Positions 40,812 through 50,595 of a stretch of 64,000 nucleotides of DNA are shown here, in pieces (within the stretch, counting starts at the first letter, position 1; every line of letters starts with the position of its first letter). Position numbers and translations under genes: made by a program. Source of the DNA: Candidatus Latescibacterota bacterium. Lineage in GTDB: Bacteria; Latescibacterota; UBA2968; GCA-2709665. The notes below the pieces were generated by a model. That model searched no databases. It was not told the DNA's origin and saw only the letters and a list, made by a program, of their open reading frames with translations. The stretch is from contig CAXXXF010000006.1 of the NCBI GenBank assembly GCA_963667175.2, forward strand, positions 384,001 to 448,000, in the 5' to 3' direction.

Positions 40812-41804
40812 ATGGACCCGCCCGAAGCCGAAACAATCACACGCCTGATTCGAAATGCATATCCGTCGTTCGCCCTGCTGGCCGGCATGCAACTCGGCGT
40901 ATTCAGCGCACTGGCCAACGGTCCGCTGGACGCGCGGCAAGTCGCGGAAGAAAGCCAGGGTTCGCCGGAGCGCCTCTCACGGCTGCTTTACGCGCTGGTG
41001 GCGGCTGGCCTGCTGCACGTCGAAGACGATCGCTTTATCAACGGTAGCGAGGCACAGCGTTTTCTTGTAAAGACCAGCCCCGATTACGTCGGAAACCTCC
41101 ACCACCTGCTCTCCGACCTGTGGTCGGCATCGCTCAAGACGGCGGACTCGATCCGGTTCGATCGACCACAGGCCGAACACAGCTTTGGTGACATGTCCCC
41201 CGGTCAGTTGAACGCCTTCTTTCGCGGACTTCACGACGATGCGCTGGCAACCGGACGGGACCTGGCGGCGCGTTTCGATTTTTCGTCCCGCAGGCGCCTT
41301 CTGGACGTTGGAGGAGGTTCGGGCGGCGTGGCCATCGCCGCCACCGAAGCCTGTCCCAGCCTGAACGCAACCGTGCTGGATCTGCCTGACGTCGTCCCTA
41401 TTACAAGGCGTTTCATCCGTGAGGCGAACGCGAGCGACCGGGTCGACACACTCGCATTGGACGTTACCCGAGAATCCGTACCGGAGGAATTCGACGCGGC
41501 GGTCGTGAAAGCCTTTCTTCAGACCCTTTCCCCGTGCCAGGCAGCCCGGACACTCACCCACATAGGCGCGGGGCTCGAGGAAGGGAGCGCCATCTATATC
41601 CTGGGTAACGGCATCCTGGATGACAGCCGTCACTCGCCGCGCGAAGCCGCCCTTTTCAATATCGTCTTCCTCAATATCTATCGCGGGGGGCGCGCCTACA
41701 CGGAAACCGAGTACCGTGCCTGGTTGGAGTGCGCGGGATTCGGAAACGTCCGGCGGGTCAGGCAACCGAACGGGTCGAGTATCCTTACGGCGAGAAAATA
41801 CTGA
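40812..41804 (+). CDS. SAM-dependent O/N-methyltransferase with N-terminal dimerisation wHTH
   Basis: LGVFSALANGP..LLYALVAAGLL; LLDVGGGSG; VLDLPDV. Confidence 0.88.
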   Translation: MDPPEAETITRLIRNAYPSFALLAGMQLGVFSALANGPLDARQVAEESQGSPERLSRLLYALVAAGLLHVEDDRFINGSEAQRFLVKTSPDYVGNLHHLLSDLWSASLKTADSIRFDRPQAEHSFGDMSPGQLNAFFRGLHDDALATGRDLAARFDFSSRRRLLDVGGGSGGVAIAATEACPSLNATVLDLPDVVPITRRFIREANASDRVDTLALDVTRESVPEEFDAAVVKAFLQTLSPCQAARTLTHIGAGLEEGSAIYILGNGILDDSRHSPREAALFNIVFLNIYRGGRAYTETEYRAWLECAGFGNVRRVRQPNGSSILTARKY

Positions 41805-42004
41805 ATGGGATACCGCACCGGTCACGCGGCGCGGAATGCGGATTGCCGCTAGAATCGTGTTGACAAACAGGAATTCCCTGTTTACCTGTAGTCTATCGCT
41901 ACATTCGGGGGGGTTCGGTAGATGCCGTGCACCTGAAACGGAACGGGGCGCGTCTGGCGAAAGCGATCCGTTCCGAGGTTTAACGACAACCCGCAGGAAT
42001 CATC

Positions 42005-42814
42005 ATGGACACCGACCTGGCAACGTACCTGTTTGACCTTCGCGGCTATCTGCATCTCGAGAACGCGCTCTCCGGCGGGGAAGTCGGCGAACTCAACACC
42101 TGCCTGGACGAGATTCCGCCGCTCCGGCCGGGGGAGTGGTTCGGCAACGTCCACGCCCACACCTACGGAGACGACACTTCCGGACTGAACCTCCAGCAGA
42201 TCTACGAAGCCGGGGCGCCCTTCGAGAACCTGATCGACCATCCTTCCTGGTTCGAAATGGTCAAGCGGTTTGTGGGAGGCGAGGGCAGCTTCGACCACCA
42301 CCACGGCCCCCTGTTCATCGACGAAAATTTCGCGAATTTTCGCGAACCCGGCGAAGCCATCGGGCTGCACTCCGGCGGGTACCCGCCCATTCTGCGAAAT
42401 CAGTTTCGCTACCACGGCGGACGCTTCATGTGCGGGCAGATCAACGTACTCATCGCGCTTACCGACGTCGGGTCCGGCGACGGCGGCACCATGGTCATCC
42501 CGGGGAGCCACAAGTCCAACTTCAAACACCCGCACTTCGACAGGCACAGGATGTCCCGAAACGCCACTGTGGAAGGCATCGAGGGCGCCGTGGAAATCCA
42601 TATGAACGCGGGGGACGCGCTTCTCTTTGTGGACGGCATCTCGCACGGCTCCGCCCGGCGCTCCAACCCGGGCACCCGGCGCGTGGTTGTCTACCGGTAC
42701 GGACCATCATGGGGAAACTTCCGACACGGCTATCAGCCCTCACCTGAACTGCTGCAAAGACTCACGCCTGAGCGCCGCCGGATCGTACAGCCGCAACGCC
42801 TCATCCCTCGATGA
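42005..42814 (+). CDS. PhyH-family Fe(II)/2OG enzyme with HxG motif
   Basis: FDLRGYL, LIDHP, LHSGG, GGTMVIPGSHK, AGDALLF..SHG, RRVVVYRY. Confidence 0.88.
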   Translation: MDTDLATYLFDLRGYLHLENALSGGEVGELNTCLDEIPPLRPGEWFGNVHAHTYGDDTSGLNLQQIYEAGAPFENLIDHPSWFEMVKRFVGGEGSFDHHHGPLFIDENFANFREPGEAIGLHSGGYPPILRNQFRYHGGRFMCGQINVLIALTDVGSGDGGTMVIPGSHKSNFKHPHFDRHRMSRNATVEGIEGAVEIHMNAGDALLFVDGISHGSARRSNPGTRRVVVYRYGPSWGNFRHGYQPSPELLQRLTPERRRIVQPQRLIPR

Positions 42815-42899
42815 TCGCAGGAAAGGCCGATTCCACGTGACGGTCGGAACCGGATCGACGTACTTATTTCAGTTTCATACAAGGCCCAAGGAGGCTCAC

Positions 42900-43631
42900 A
42901 TGGCTACCACTCAGAACATGCTGGAAGCATTGAAGAACTTCGACACCCCGTCGATCACGAACGTCGTGGCCACGTATCCCGGCAATCCGCTCTGCCTGAG
43001 CCTCTACAATCCCTGGACGGAAAACTGGTACACGGACCAATCGATCCGGTGCATGTATCCCGAACTGGGCCGCACGGTGGGTTACGCGGTGACGTGCGTC
43101 TTCGGGCTGCCCGATCCCGACTACACCTCTCTGTCGTTTCTGGACGTGATCGACGCGCTCGACGCGTCTCCGAAACCGACCGTGCTCGTCTTCCAGCAGA
43201 AGTTCCCTCCTGAACTCGCGGCCAGGGTCGGACTGGCCGGCGGCAACATGACTTCGGCCATGAAAGCGGTCGGATGCGTGGGCGCCATCTCCAACGGGCC
43301 CTCTCGGGACATCGACGAGATTCGTCCCATGCAATTTCAATATATGCTCAGCGGCGTCACCGCAGGACACGGCGGCATGGACGTGCACGCCGTCAACGTG
43401 CCGGTCTCGGTAGGCGGAATGGACGTGGCGCCCGGCGAGATCATCCATATGGACGAGAACGGCGCGTGCAAATTTCCCGCCGACAAACTGGAAGCCGTTC
43501 TCAACAACGTCCGTGCGCTGCAGAAGGAGGAGGAAGAACGAATGGGCGCCCTGCTGAACGCCTCTTCAGCCGATGAAGTCCGGGCGATCATGGGCGGACA
43601 CACTTACGCTGACGAGGACGAAGAAAACTGA
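42900..43631 (+). CDS. RraA / HMG-aldolase family protein
   Basis: GGAGG RBS; DTPSITN, VGYAVT, GGNM, NGPSRDIDE, VGGMDVAPGEIIHMDENG. Confidence 0.85.
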   Translation: MATTQNMLEALKNFDTPSITNVVATYPGNPLCLSLYNPWTENWYTDQSIRCMYPELGRTVGYAVTCVFGLPDPDYTSLSFLDVIDALDASPKPTVLVFQQKFPPELAARVGLAGGNMTSAMKAVGCVGAISNGPSRDIDEIRPMQFQYMLSGVTAGHGGMDVHAVNVPVSVGGMDVAPGEIIHMDENGACKFPADKLEAVLNNVRALQKEEEERMGALLNASSADEVRAIMGGHTYADEDEEN

Positions 43632-43759
43632 CGCGGCGATGTCCGCCTTCCCCGACCCGGACCCTTGGACGGGACCTTTCCTCGCCGGGTCGCCGGCATT
43701 GCTCTCAGGGTCACAGAGGGGGCGAGACTCGGATGTTTCAATTCCGGGAGTGACGAATG

Positions 43760-46700
43760 CTACGCGACGATTCTGACGCGATCGCCGACAGCCGTTGAAT
43801 ACACTTCGAATGATTCGTCGATAACCTCCGAAAAATCAAATGCTTCCCTCACGACAAATTTCGTTCGCCCTCGCACCCTGCGAATGCTGAACACACGATC
43901 GCCGATCCGCAGCCGGCATCCCGGATATGCCCCTTCTTTCGGGTGATCCACGTTACTGTCGAACATGGATCGCTTCCCGGATGCCACCTTGCCCCTGCCC
44001 CTCACGAACCTGGGCATGTCCGCCAGGAAGACACGGCTGCCGCCGCTCTCACGCTCGATTCGCCGCACCAGATACACCGTTTCAAGCTTTGACGGATGCC
44101 GGACGTAGACCACCTTTCCGTCAAGCGATCCATCCTCAGGCAACGCGACGTCCAGCACCATTTCGCTCCGCCCCGGTGTACCGGAAATGTCTCCCGCCAG
44201 TTCCGTGACGACCCCTTTGTAGTCGGAAATCCTCTGAACTTCCGATTCGCCGACCCTTAACCGCGACCCTTCAATCACATCGAGATCGAGGTTTGCGGAG
44301 GTCTCGCTCACCACGCCCGCCCGTCCTCTGAGTTCAAATTGCCTGCCGTTCGGCAGGGTCGTAACCAACCCCACGCCCCGGGGATCAATCGCGATTGTCC
44401 GATCCCGGTCGCGTTCATTCACCTGCACCACAACGCCGGACCCATCCCGCGCCACCAGTTTCGCATCTCTCACGAAACCCTCGCCGGCATGGGCTTCGAT
44501 AACCGTAACAAACATGCTCGTGTCGGTTCGATGCCGCAAGCAGACCGTTCGCAGCCAGAAATCGTCCAGCTTGCCGTCGTCCTCCCGCGTCCGGCGGATG
44601 GAGGGCGCCTCGCTGATCAGCAATCGGCCCGCCTGCACGCCCAGAAACCTGACGTCCACCTGCGCGCCTCCACCCTCGAACCGCACGTTGAAATCTCCGG
44701 ACACATCTGCCGCGCGCGTGCGCTTCAGATATCCGTAGAGGGCGCCACCGGTCCCATCTCCGCCCAGAATCATCTCCGCTTCGGCGGCTCGCAGTCCCAC
44801 TTCCGTGGAAATCGTCTGGTCGAAGTCGGCCGATCCGTGCAACAGATAGTCGTGCGCGTCACCGCCCTTCACCTCGAACAGGTCCACCACGTACCCGCTA
44901 TCGGGCCCCGTTGGGACGAGCATCATCGATCGGCGGTACACGGTCGTGTTCTCGAAGGCGCCCGCTGCTTCCGCGCAAACGAACCCAACGCGCGTACGGG
45001 ATGCCGGGCGATAACAGAGCAGCCGCCCGCTTTCTCTGGTCTGCTCCCGTCCGTCGACGACCACGGTATTGTGGCTGCCGACCGTCGTCGCCCACTCCCG
45101 GTAACGGGTATGCGTGTACCCGATATCCGACAGCAGTTCCTGACCGAACGTATCCAGGCCCATCGCGAGGGTATCGTAATGGTGATGTCCGCCCCACGGA
45201 CCGTAACCCAACGTCGCGCGTACGGCTTCCTTCGATCGTCCCACGCCCAGAATTACGTCGCCGGCCGCCGGCAACAGATAATTCGAGGGCACGAGCGCGA
45301 GCAGATCCTCGTCCGTGACGCGCCGGTCGGCTTCCGCCGTCCGTCGAAAGAGCGCATACTCGACGTCGGCGACTGGAATGCGGGAGCCGCCTCTGATTTC
45401 ATCCGCCGCTTCCACGAATTTGCCCATAGACGCAATCTGACTGGAAACACGTGCAAAACCGGTACTCAGCGCCCACGTATCGTTGGCCATGAACGTGCGT
45501 CCGTCCGGCATGAACAACCCCAGCGGCGCGGTATAGATTCGCTGCAGGAAGGGCATCTCTTCGTAGACGTCGATTCCGCCGGGCCCACTGATGACATCAG
45601 GCACACGAAGGGTCCCGCTTGTAATCATATTGAAGTAGTTGAGGGTATTCTCGTGCCAGTACCCGTCGTAATAATAACAGTTATCGATCAACGTACGGTA
45701 CAGGCTGTACGATCTGCTTACGAAATCCGTTTCGTCCAGCGCCCTGCCCACGAGCGCCATCCCGTTGATTCGCCCCCCGTCGTAATTGGTCGAGCCATGG
45801 GGAATCTCCAGTGTGTGCCGGATTGCCTCGTACAGGAGATCGCGCTCAATGGCCTTGCGCACATCCCTGCCCTCGACTTTGGACAGCCTCTCGATGGCGC
45901 CGCTGTCGGAAATCAGGTCGTAAACCTGGGCCAGCCGGAACGCGTTGTACGCGTCCGAAAAGGGGCTGGCATGAAAATTCCCCATTCTGGCGGAAACGAA
46001 TGGAAAGGGCGGATCCTTGTAGAAATGGTTCTCGTAGAATCCCTTCCGATCGGCGTGAAGATAGGCCCGGCCCAATCCGTGAACAGGGTAGTTCTTGTAG
46101 ACTTCCGAAAGCCGGTCCAGGATCACCGCCGCTTTCTGCGCATACGCAATTTCGCCGGTCAGCACATAGGCGATCGACAGGGGATCTGCCATCCGGACCA
46201 CCTGGTATTGCGTGTAGTTCAGCAGCATATTTTCGAAAAAATACCGCATCCCCTCTTCATCCTCCCAATACCGGTATCGCACCGTCCCGCCGGCAGGACC
46301 GATCACTTCGATCTCTCCCACGGGCTGATGTTCCGGGCCCGGGAACACGCTCCCGCAAATCTTGCACCGAACGCGGTCCGGCGCCTCCGGCGACCATTCC
46401 CAGAAATGGATCCGCCAACTCCGCTTTCTCCGGTCCACGGGACATCGCGGGAGTGGAAAGTTAACCTGGTCTGAAATACCGGCACGAATCTGCGCGTCGG
46501 GCATTTCGAGAATCTTGCGGTTGATAATCCACCTCAATTGCCCGTCTCTGAACCGCTCTGCCCATTCGTGCGATTCCACTCGCCGGCGCGCGCGCTCGAT
46601 CTGATCCGGAGTGTAGAAGAGCGGGTGTTCCACCCCTCTGGGAAACGGCCGTTCGCCTTCCCAGTACCGTGTGTCTCTTGAACAGTCGATTCGCTCGATT

Positions 46701-46807
46701 CCCATATCGCTCCTCCACAAAGCCGTATCGCATCCGGCCGCAAGAACCGCGGCGCCCAAACCGGCGTCCCGCAGAAACTCCCGTCTCGTAAGATCCCTGT
46801 CAGACAT
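43760..46807 (-). CDS. Tat-exported heparinase II/III-like lyase (lipoprotein)
   Basis: TRREFL twin-Arg plus LAAGC; YYDGYWHE..NY, GHHHYDTL, DIGY, SHNTVVVDG, YVVDLFEV. Confidence 0.82.
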   Translation of the reverse strand: MSDRDLTRREFLRDAGLGAAVLAAGCDTALWRSDMGIERIDCSRDTRYWEGERPFPRGVEHPLFYTPDQIERARRRVESHEWAERFRDGQLRWIINRKILEMPDAQIRAGISDQVNFPLPRCPVDRRKRSWRIHFWEWSPEAPDRVRCKICGSVFPGPEHQPVGEIEVIGPAGGTVRYRYWEDEEGMRYFFENMLLNYTQYQVVRMADPLSIAYVLTGEIAYAQKAAVILDRLSEVYKNYPVHGLGRAYLHADRKGFYENHFYKDPPFPFVSARMGNFHASPFSDAYNAFRLAQVYDLISDSGAIERLSKVEGRDVRKAIERDLLYEAIRHTLEIPHGSTNYDGGRINGMALVGRALDETDFVSRSYSLYRTLIDNCYYYDGYWHENTLNYFNMITSGTLRVPDVISGPGGIDVYEEMPFLQRIYTAPLGLFMPDGRTFMANDTWALSTGFARVSSQIASMGKFVEAADEIRGGSRIPVADVEYALFRRTAEADRRVTDEDLLALVPSNYLLPAAGDVILGVGRSKEAVRATLGYGPWGGHHHYDTLAMGLDTFGQELLSDIGYTHTRYREWATTVGSHNTVVVDGREQTRESGRLLCYRPASRTRVGFVCAEAAGAFENTTVYRRSMMLVPTGPDSGYVVDLFEVKGGDAHDYLLHGSADFDQTISTEVGLRAAEAEMILGGDGTGGALYGYLKRTRAADVSGDFNVRFEGGGAQVDVRFLGVQAGRLLISEAPSIRRTREDDGKLDDFWLRTVCLRHRTDTSMFVTVIEAHAGEGFVRDAKLVARDGSGVVVQVNERDRDRTIAIDPRGVGLVTTLPNGRQFELRGRAGVVSETSANLDLDVIEGSRLRVGESEVQRISDYKGVVTELAGDISGTPGRSEMVLDVALPEDGSLDGKVVYVRHPSKLETVYLVRRIERESGGSRVFLADMPRFVRGRGKVASGKRSMFDSNVDHPKEGAYPGCRLRIGDRVFSIRRVRGRTKFVVREAFDFSEVIDESFEVYSTAVGDRVRIVA

Positions 46808-47113
46808 CGGACGCACTCAAAAAAAGCGGGCGGAAGCACGACGATCCCGATTACGCCAGGTGAACATCCCGCGGATTCCACGGGCCCGGTTTCAACCAGG
46901 GCGCACGTTTCGCGCCGATTGCGCAATATACGACGGCCCCCAATTGAAGTCCAGAGACTCCTTAATCACGATTCTGCATTCCGCAGCTACTGAATCTGCA
47001 GGGAACACTGATGCCGGCGGCCGGAACGCGAAACACATCGGATTATACATCATGTCATCCGGTCTTCACGGATAATTCGGGGGAAGCGACAAAAGAAAAA
47101 TGCGCATTTGCAC

Positions 47114-47142
47114 TTGACATTTCCTAATTGATTCGTCATATT
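47114..47142 (+). promoter_or_regulatory. Sigma70 promoter of the blaI-like operon
   Basis: TTGACA-N17-CATATT. Confidence 0.7.
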
Positions 47143-47158
47143 ACTAATATATTAGTAA
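47141..47158. promoter_or_regulatory. BlaI-type operator palindrome
   Basis: Perfect 18-bp palindrome TTACTAATATATTAGTAA over the -10/+1 region. Confidence 0.85.
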
Positions 47159-47185
47159 CTCAATGGTTCTTTCCGGGAGGTTCTA

Positions 47186-47584
47186 ATGAGTAAGAAACAA
47201 CGGCTGGCGCAGGCCGAATGGGAGGTGATGGACGGCATCTGGCAATTCGGTCGCCGGGTTACCGTTCGCGAGGTTGTGGATCACCTCTATCCCAACGGCG
47301 AGAAGGCCTATACGACGGTTCAGACGATCATGAATATCCTGACTGCAAAGGGCGTACTTGACCGGGAGAAGATCGGTCCCGTCAATGTGTACAGACCTGC
47401 GCTGTCGCGGCAGGACGTCGCTCAGGCCGAAACGCGCACCCTGGTATCGCGCATGTTCGAGGGTTCCTTCGGCGCCCTGGCGACGTATCTCGTGGATTCG
47501 GGCGAACTCTCGCAGAAAGAGCTCGATGAATTGCGGGCGCTGATCGAGGAAAGAGAAAGAGCGAAGGAAGGAGACCCGGAATGA
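47186..47584 (+). CDS. BlaI/MecI/CopY family repressor
   Basis: EWEVMDGIW, TVREV, AYTTVQTIMNILTAKG, FEGS..L..YL, LSQKELDEL. Confidence 0.93.
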   Translation: MSKKQRLAQAEWEVMDGIWQFGRRVTVREVVDHLYPNGEKAYTTVQTIMNILTAKGVLDREKIGPVNVYRPALSRQDVAQAETRTLVSRMFEGSFGALATYLVDSGELSQKELDELRALIEERERAKEGDPE

Positions 47585-50418
47585 ACGATCTGATCTACCT
47601 GGCCGAAGCGTGGTGGCCGCTCTACGCGTTACACATGGTCGAAATCTCGTTCTTCATTGTTCTTGTGTGGTCCGTCGACCGGTGGTTGGCGCTGGATTCA
47701 CGGTTGAGATACGCGCTCTATCTGCTGGCACTGGCAAAGGTGTTCGTGCCGCCGGTACTGGCCATTCCGATACCCGCGTTTCTGGTTTCTCCAGCAGGTG
47801 TCGCAGTGGACGCGCCCGCTTATTTCGGTGCGGTATCCGGAGCCGTCGCAGTCTCTGCCGAACCCGCGACCGCGCTTCCGCCGGCGTTCTATCTGTTCTG
47901 TCTGTGGAGTCTCTCTGTCCTCGTCTGGACGGGCGCGGCGCTGTGGAAAAACGCGGCGTTTCGCCGTGCGCTGAAATCGGCAACCCCGGTGGACCTGGCA
48001 AGCGAGGCTGCGTCACTGAACGCACCGGAGACCTTGAAAGTGTATTCCAGGCCAACCCTGCCTTCTCCCATTCTGGTGGGCTTGCGGAGACCGCGTTTGT
48101 TTCTGCCCTCGAAGTGGTCTTCGTGGTCCTCCGAGGAACTGCGGGGCGTCTTAAGGCACGAACTGGCGCACTTTGAACGGCGTGACATCTACGTGCTGAT
48201 TCTGCAGGCCCTGGCCACGGCGCTCTTCGGCGCCAACCCGCTGATCTGGCTCTTGAACCGCAGGTTGGTGTACCTCCGTGAATTGCGTTGCGACGAAGCG
48301 GTCTTGCGCGAAACGAACCTGACGCCCGCCGAATACGGACGCCTGCTGCTGGGCTTTGTCGAAAGGCGGTCCTCACCGAGTGCGCTGACCGTCTTTTTCA
48401 CCGAGCGTGGAACGAAGCTGAAGAAACGCATGGAGCACATCCTCAACTACAAGGAGAGCGATATGGAGCGGTCAAAGTGGCAGATTTCAACGCTATTACT
48501 CGTCGGCCTTGCGATTGTGCCGCTCTCGATCCGAGAGGCATACACCCAGAATGACGTTGGACACGATGTGTCAGATTCTACCAACGAGCGTGAAATCTTG
48601 CCCGCAAAGAGAACCGGCCAAACTCCCACTGAAAATCCCAATCGAGTTACCGCACCAAAACCTGGTCAGGGAGATAATGGCGATCAAAAAACTCTCGAAT
48701 TCTGGTCGGTAGACGAGAAACCAGTCGTCTCGCAGGCCGTTGAGCCCATTTATCCCGATGCGGCCAAAAAAGCAGGACTGACGGGAAACGTGTTCTTGAA
48801 ATTCAAGGTGAACGTGGATGGATCAGTAAGCGATGTAAACGTGCTCAAAGGCAATGTGGTCTTTGAAAAACCGGCGATCGACGCCGCGTCGCAATATCGG
48901 TTCATTCCAGCGAAACACGACGGTAAGCCCGTCGCGGTGTGGATGACGCACAGGATCAAATTCAATCTGCCCGGAAAAGAGGCCGCGCCGCCCTCCGACG
49001 AAGGCGATGTTGAAAATCCCGATCTGCATACCACACCACAATCAAGCCTGGGAAAAAATGGCGACCCAAAGACCCTCGAATTCTGGTCTGTAGACGAGAA
49101 ACCGGTCATCTTGCATGCCGTTGAGCCCATTTATCCAGACGCGGCCAAAAAAGCAGGACTGACGGGAAGCGTGTTCTTGAAATTCAAGGTGAACGTGGAT
49201 GGATATGTGAACGAAATAGACGTACGTGCCTTAAGGGGTCGATCGATATTTGCGCGACCCGCTATTGATGCGATCTCAAAGTATCGGTTCACGCCTGCCC
49301 AGCATAACGGCAAGCCTGTCCCGGTGTGGATGACGCACCGAATCAAGTTTAATCTGCCCGGAAAAGAGGCCGCGCCGCCCTCCGACGCAGGCGATGCCGT
49401 CGTTGAAAAGGTGTTCGATATGTCGTCCGTAGACGTAAATCCTGCGATCATACGTTCCGTTCGTCCTGATTATCCCGACTTGGCACGGAGGATCGGTTTT
49501 ACGGGAATCGTACGATTGAAATTCAAGGTGAACGTAGATGGATCTGTGAGCGACGTACGTACCTTAAGGGGTCGACCGATATTTGTGCGACCTGCCATTG
49601 ATGCGATCTCACAATATCGGTTCACGCCTGCCCAGCACGACGGCAAGCCTGTCCCCGTGTGGACGACGCACACGATCAAGTTTCAGCCGCCCAGACCGAA
49701 TGCCGGGCGACCCGCAGAAAAAACCGACGCCGAAGCTGACAAAGTCTACGAGTTTTGGGACGTGGACATTAAACCTGTCGTTACCCATTCCGTTCAACCA
49801 TTCTATCCAGATTCGGCACGAATAGCTGGAATAACAGGTGCCGTGTTCGTTAAGTTCAAGATAAATACGGATGGCTCGGTGACCAACGAACGCGTACTCA
49901 AGGGCAATGCGATATTTCACGAACCGGCGATTGATGCCACATCGCAGTATCGGTTCAGCCCTGCCAGGAAGGATGGAGATCCAGTCGCAGTGTGGATGAC
50001 ACTTCGTCTCAGATTTCACCCGCCCAAACCGAAGGCCGGACTACCCGAGGACCAGAGCGACACGGATGGTGACAAGGTGTACGAGTTTTTGGAGGCAGAC
50101 GTTAAGCCCGTCAATCTTAACTCGCATTCTGTTCGACCGAATTATCCGGATTCGGCAAAAGAGGCAGGATTAACAGGCAACGTCTTTCTGAAGTTCAAGA
50201 TCAACGTGGATGGATCCGTGAGCGACGTACGTGTCCTGAAAGGCGATGAGATATTTCGCAAGCCGGCGGTTGACGCGATTACACGATTCAAATACACACC
50301 TGCTGAACTTGATGGCAAACCCGTCCCGGTGTGGATGACTCAGCGCATTGCGTTCGCGCTGCCTGAACGTCAGGACGAGGCAGTTTCCGATACGAGCGAT
50401 GCGGAACCTGGAAATTAA
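47581..50418 (+). CDS. BlaR1-like M56 peptidase fused to five TonB C-terminal domains
   Basis: ATGA overlap with blaI; HELAH, NPLIW, RELRCD, LKKRM; five copies of P.YP..A...G..G.V.(L/V)KFK.N.DG...(F/Y).PA...G.PV.VW. Confidence 0.9.
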   Translation: MNDLIYLAEAWWPLYALHMVEISFFIVLVWSVDRWLALDSRLRYALYLLALAKVFVPPVLAIPIPAFLVSPAGVAVDAPAYFGAVSGAVAVSAEPATALPPAFYLFCLWSLSVLVWTGAALWKNAAFRRALKSATPVDLASEAASLNAPETLKVYSRPTLPSPILVGLRRPRLFLPSKWSSWSSEELRGVLRHELAHFERRDIYVLILQALATALFGANPLIWLLNRRLVYLRELRCDEAVLRETNLTPAEYGRLLLGFVERRSSPSALTVFFTERGTKLKKRMEHILNYKESDMERSKWQISTLLLVGLAIVPLSIREAYTQNDVGHDVSDSTNEREILPAKRTGQTPTENPNRVTAPKPGQGDNGDQKTLEFWSVDEKPVVSQAVEPIYPDAAKKAGLTGNVFLKFKVNVDGSVSDVNVLKGNVVFEKPAIDAASQYRFIPAKHDGKPVAVWMTHRIKFNLPGKEAAPPSDEGDVENPDLHTTPQSSLGKNGDPKTLEFWSVDEKPVILHAVEPIYPDAAKKAGLTGSVFLKFKVNVDGYVNEIDVRALRGRSIFARPAIDAISKYRFTPAQHNGKPVPVWMTHRIKFNLPGKEAAPPSDAGDAVVEKVFDMSSVDVNPAIIRSVRPDYPDLARRIGFTGIVRLKFKVNVDGSVSDVRTLRGRPIFVRPAIDAISQYRFTPAQHDGKPVPVWTTHTIKFQPPRPNAGRPAEKTDAEADKVYEFWDVDIKPVVTHSVQPFYPDSARIAGITGAVFVKFKINTDGSVTNERVLKGNAIFHEPAIDATSQYRFSPARKDGDPVAVWMTLRLRFHPPKPKAGLPEDQSDTDGDKVYEFLEADVKPVNLNSHSVRPNYPDSAKEAGLTGNVFLKFKINVDGSVSDVRVLKGDEIFRKPAVDAITRFKYTPAELDGKPVPVWMTQRIAFALPERQDEAVSDTSDAEPGN

Positions 50419-50424
50419 CAGAAT

Positions 50425-50595
50425 ATAGCCGGTTTCTTCGCAGCGTCCATCAGTTCCTATGTGCGCGCCCTTGTTGTAGCGCGCTTCCTTCAGACGCCGC
50501 CTCGCAACGACTCCCTTGCACTTCGCTGCCCCTTCGGCGCCGTCAGGCTGGGTAGAGGACTCTCACCGCCAAGCTAACGATCATGCTCGGCACAC
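50425..50595 (-). mobile_element. Group II intron 5' fragment (domain I start only, no RT)
   Basis: Minus strand reads GTGTGCCGAGCATG...GGTGAGAGTCC...CGAAGTGCAAGGGAGTCGTTGCGAGGCGGCGTCTGAAGGAAGCG, a GUGYG boundary followed by bacterial domain I motifs. The 3' limit is approximate. Confidence 0.7.
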
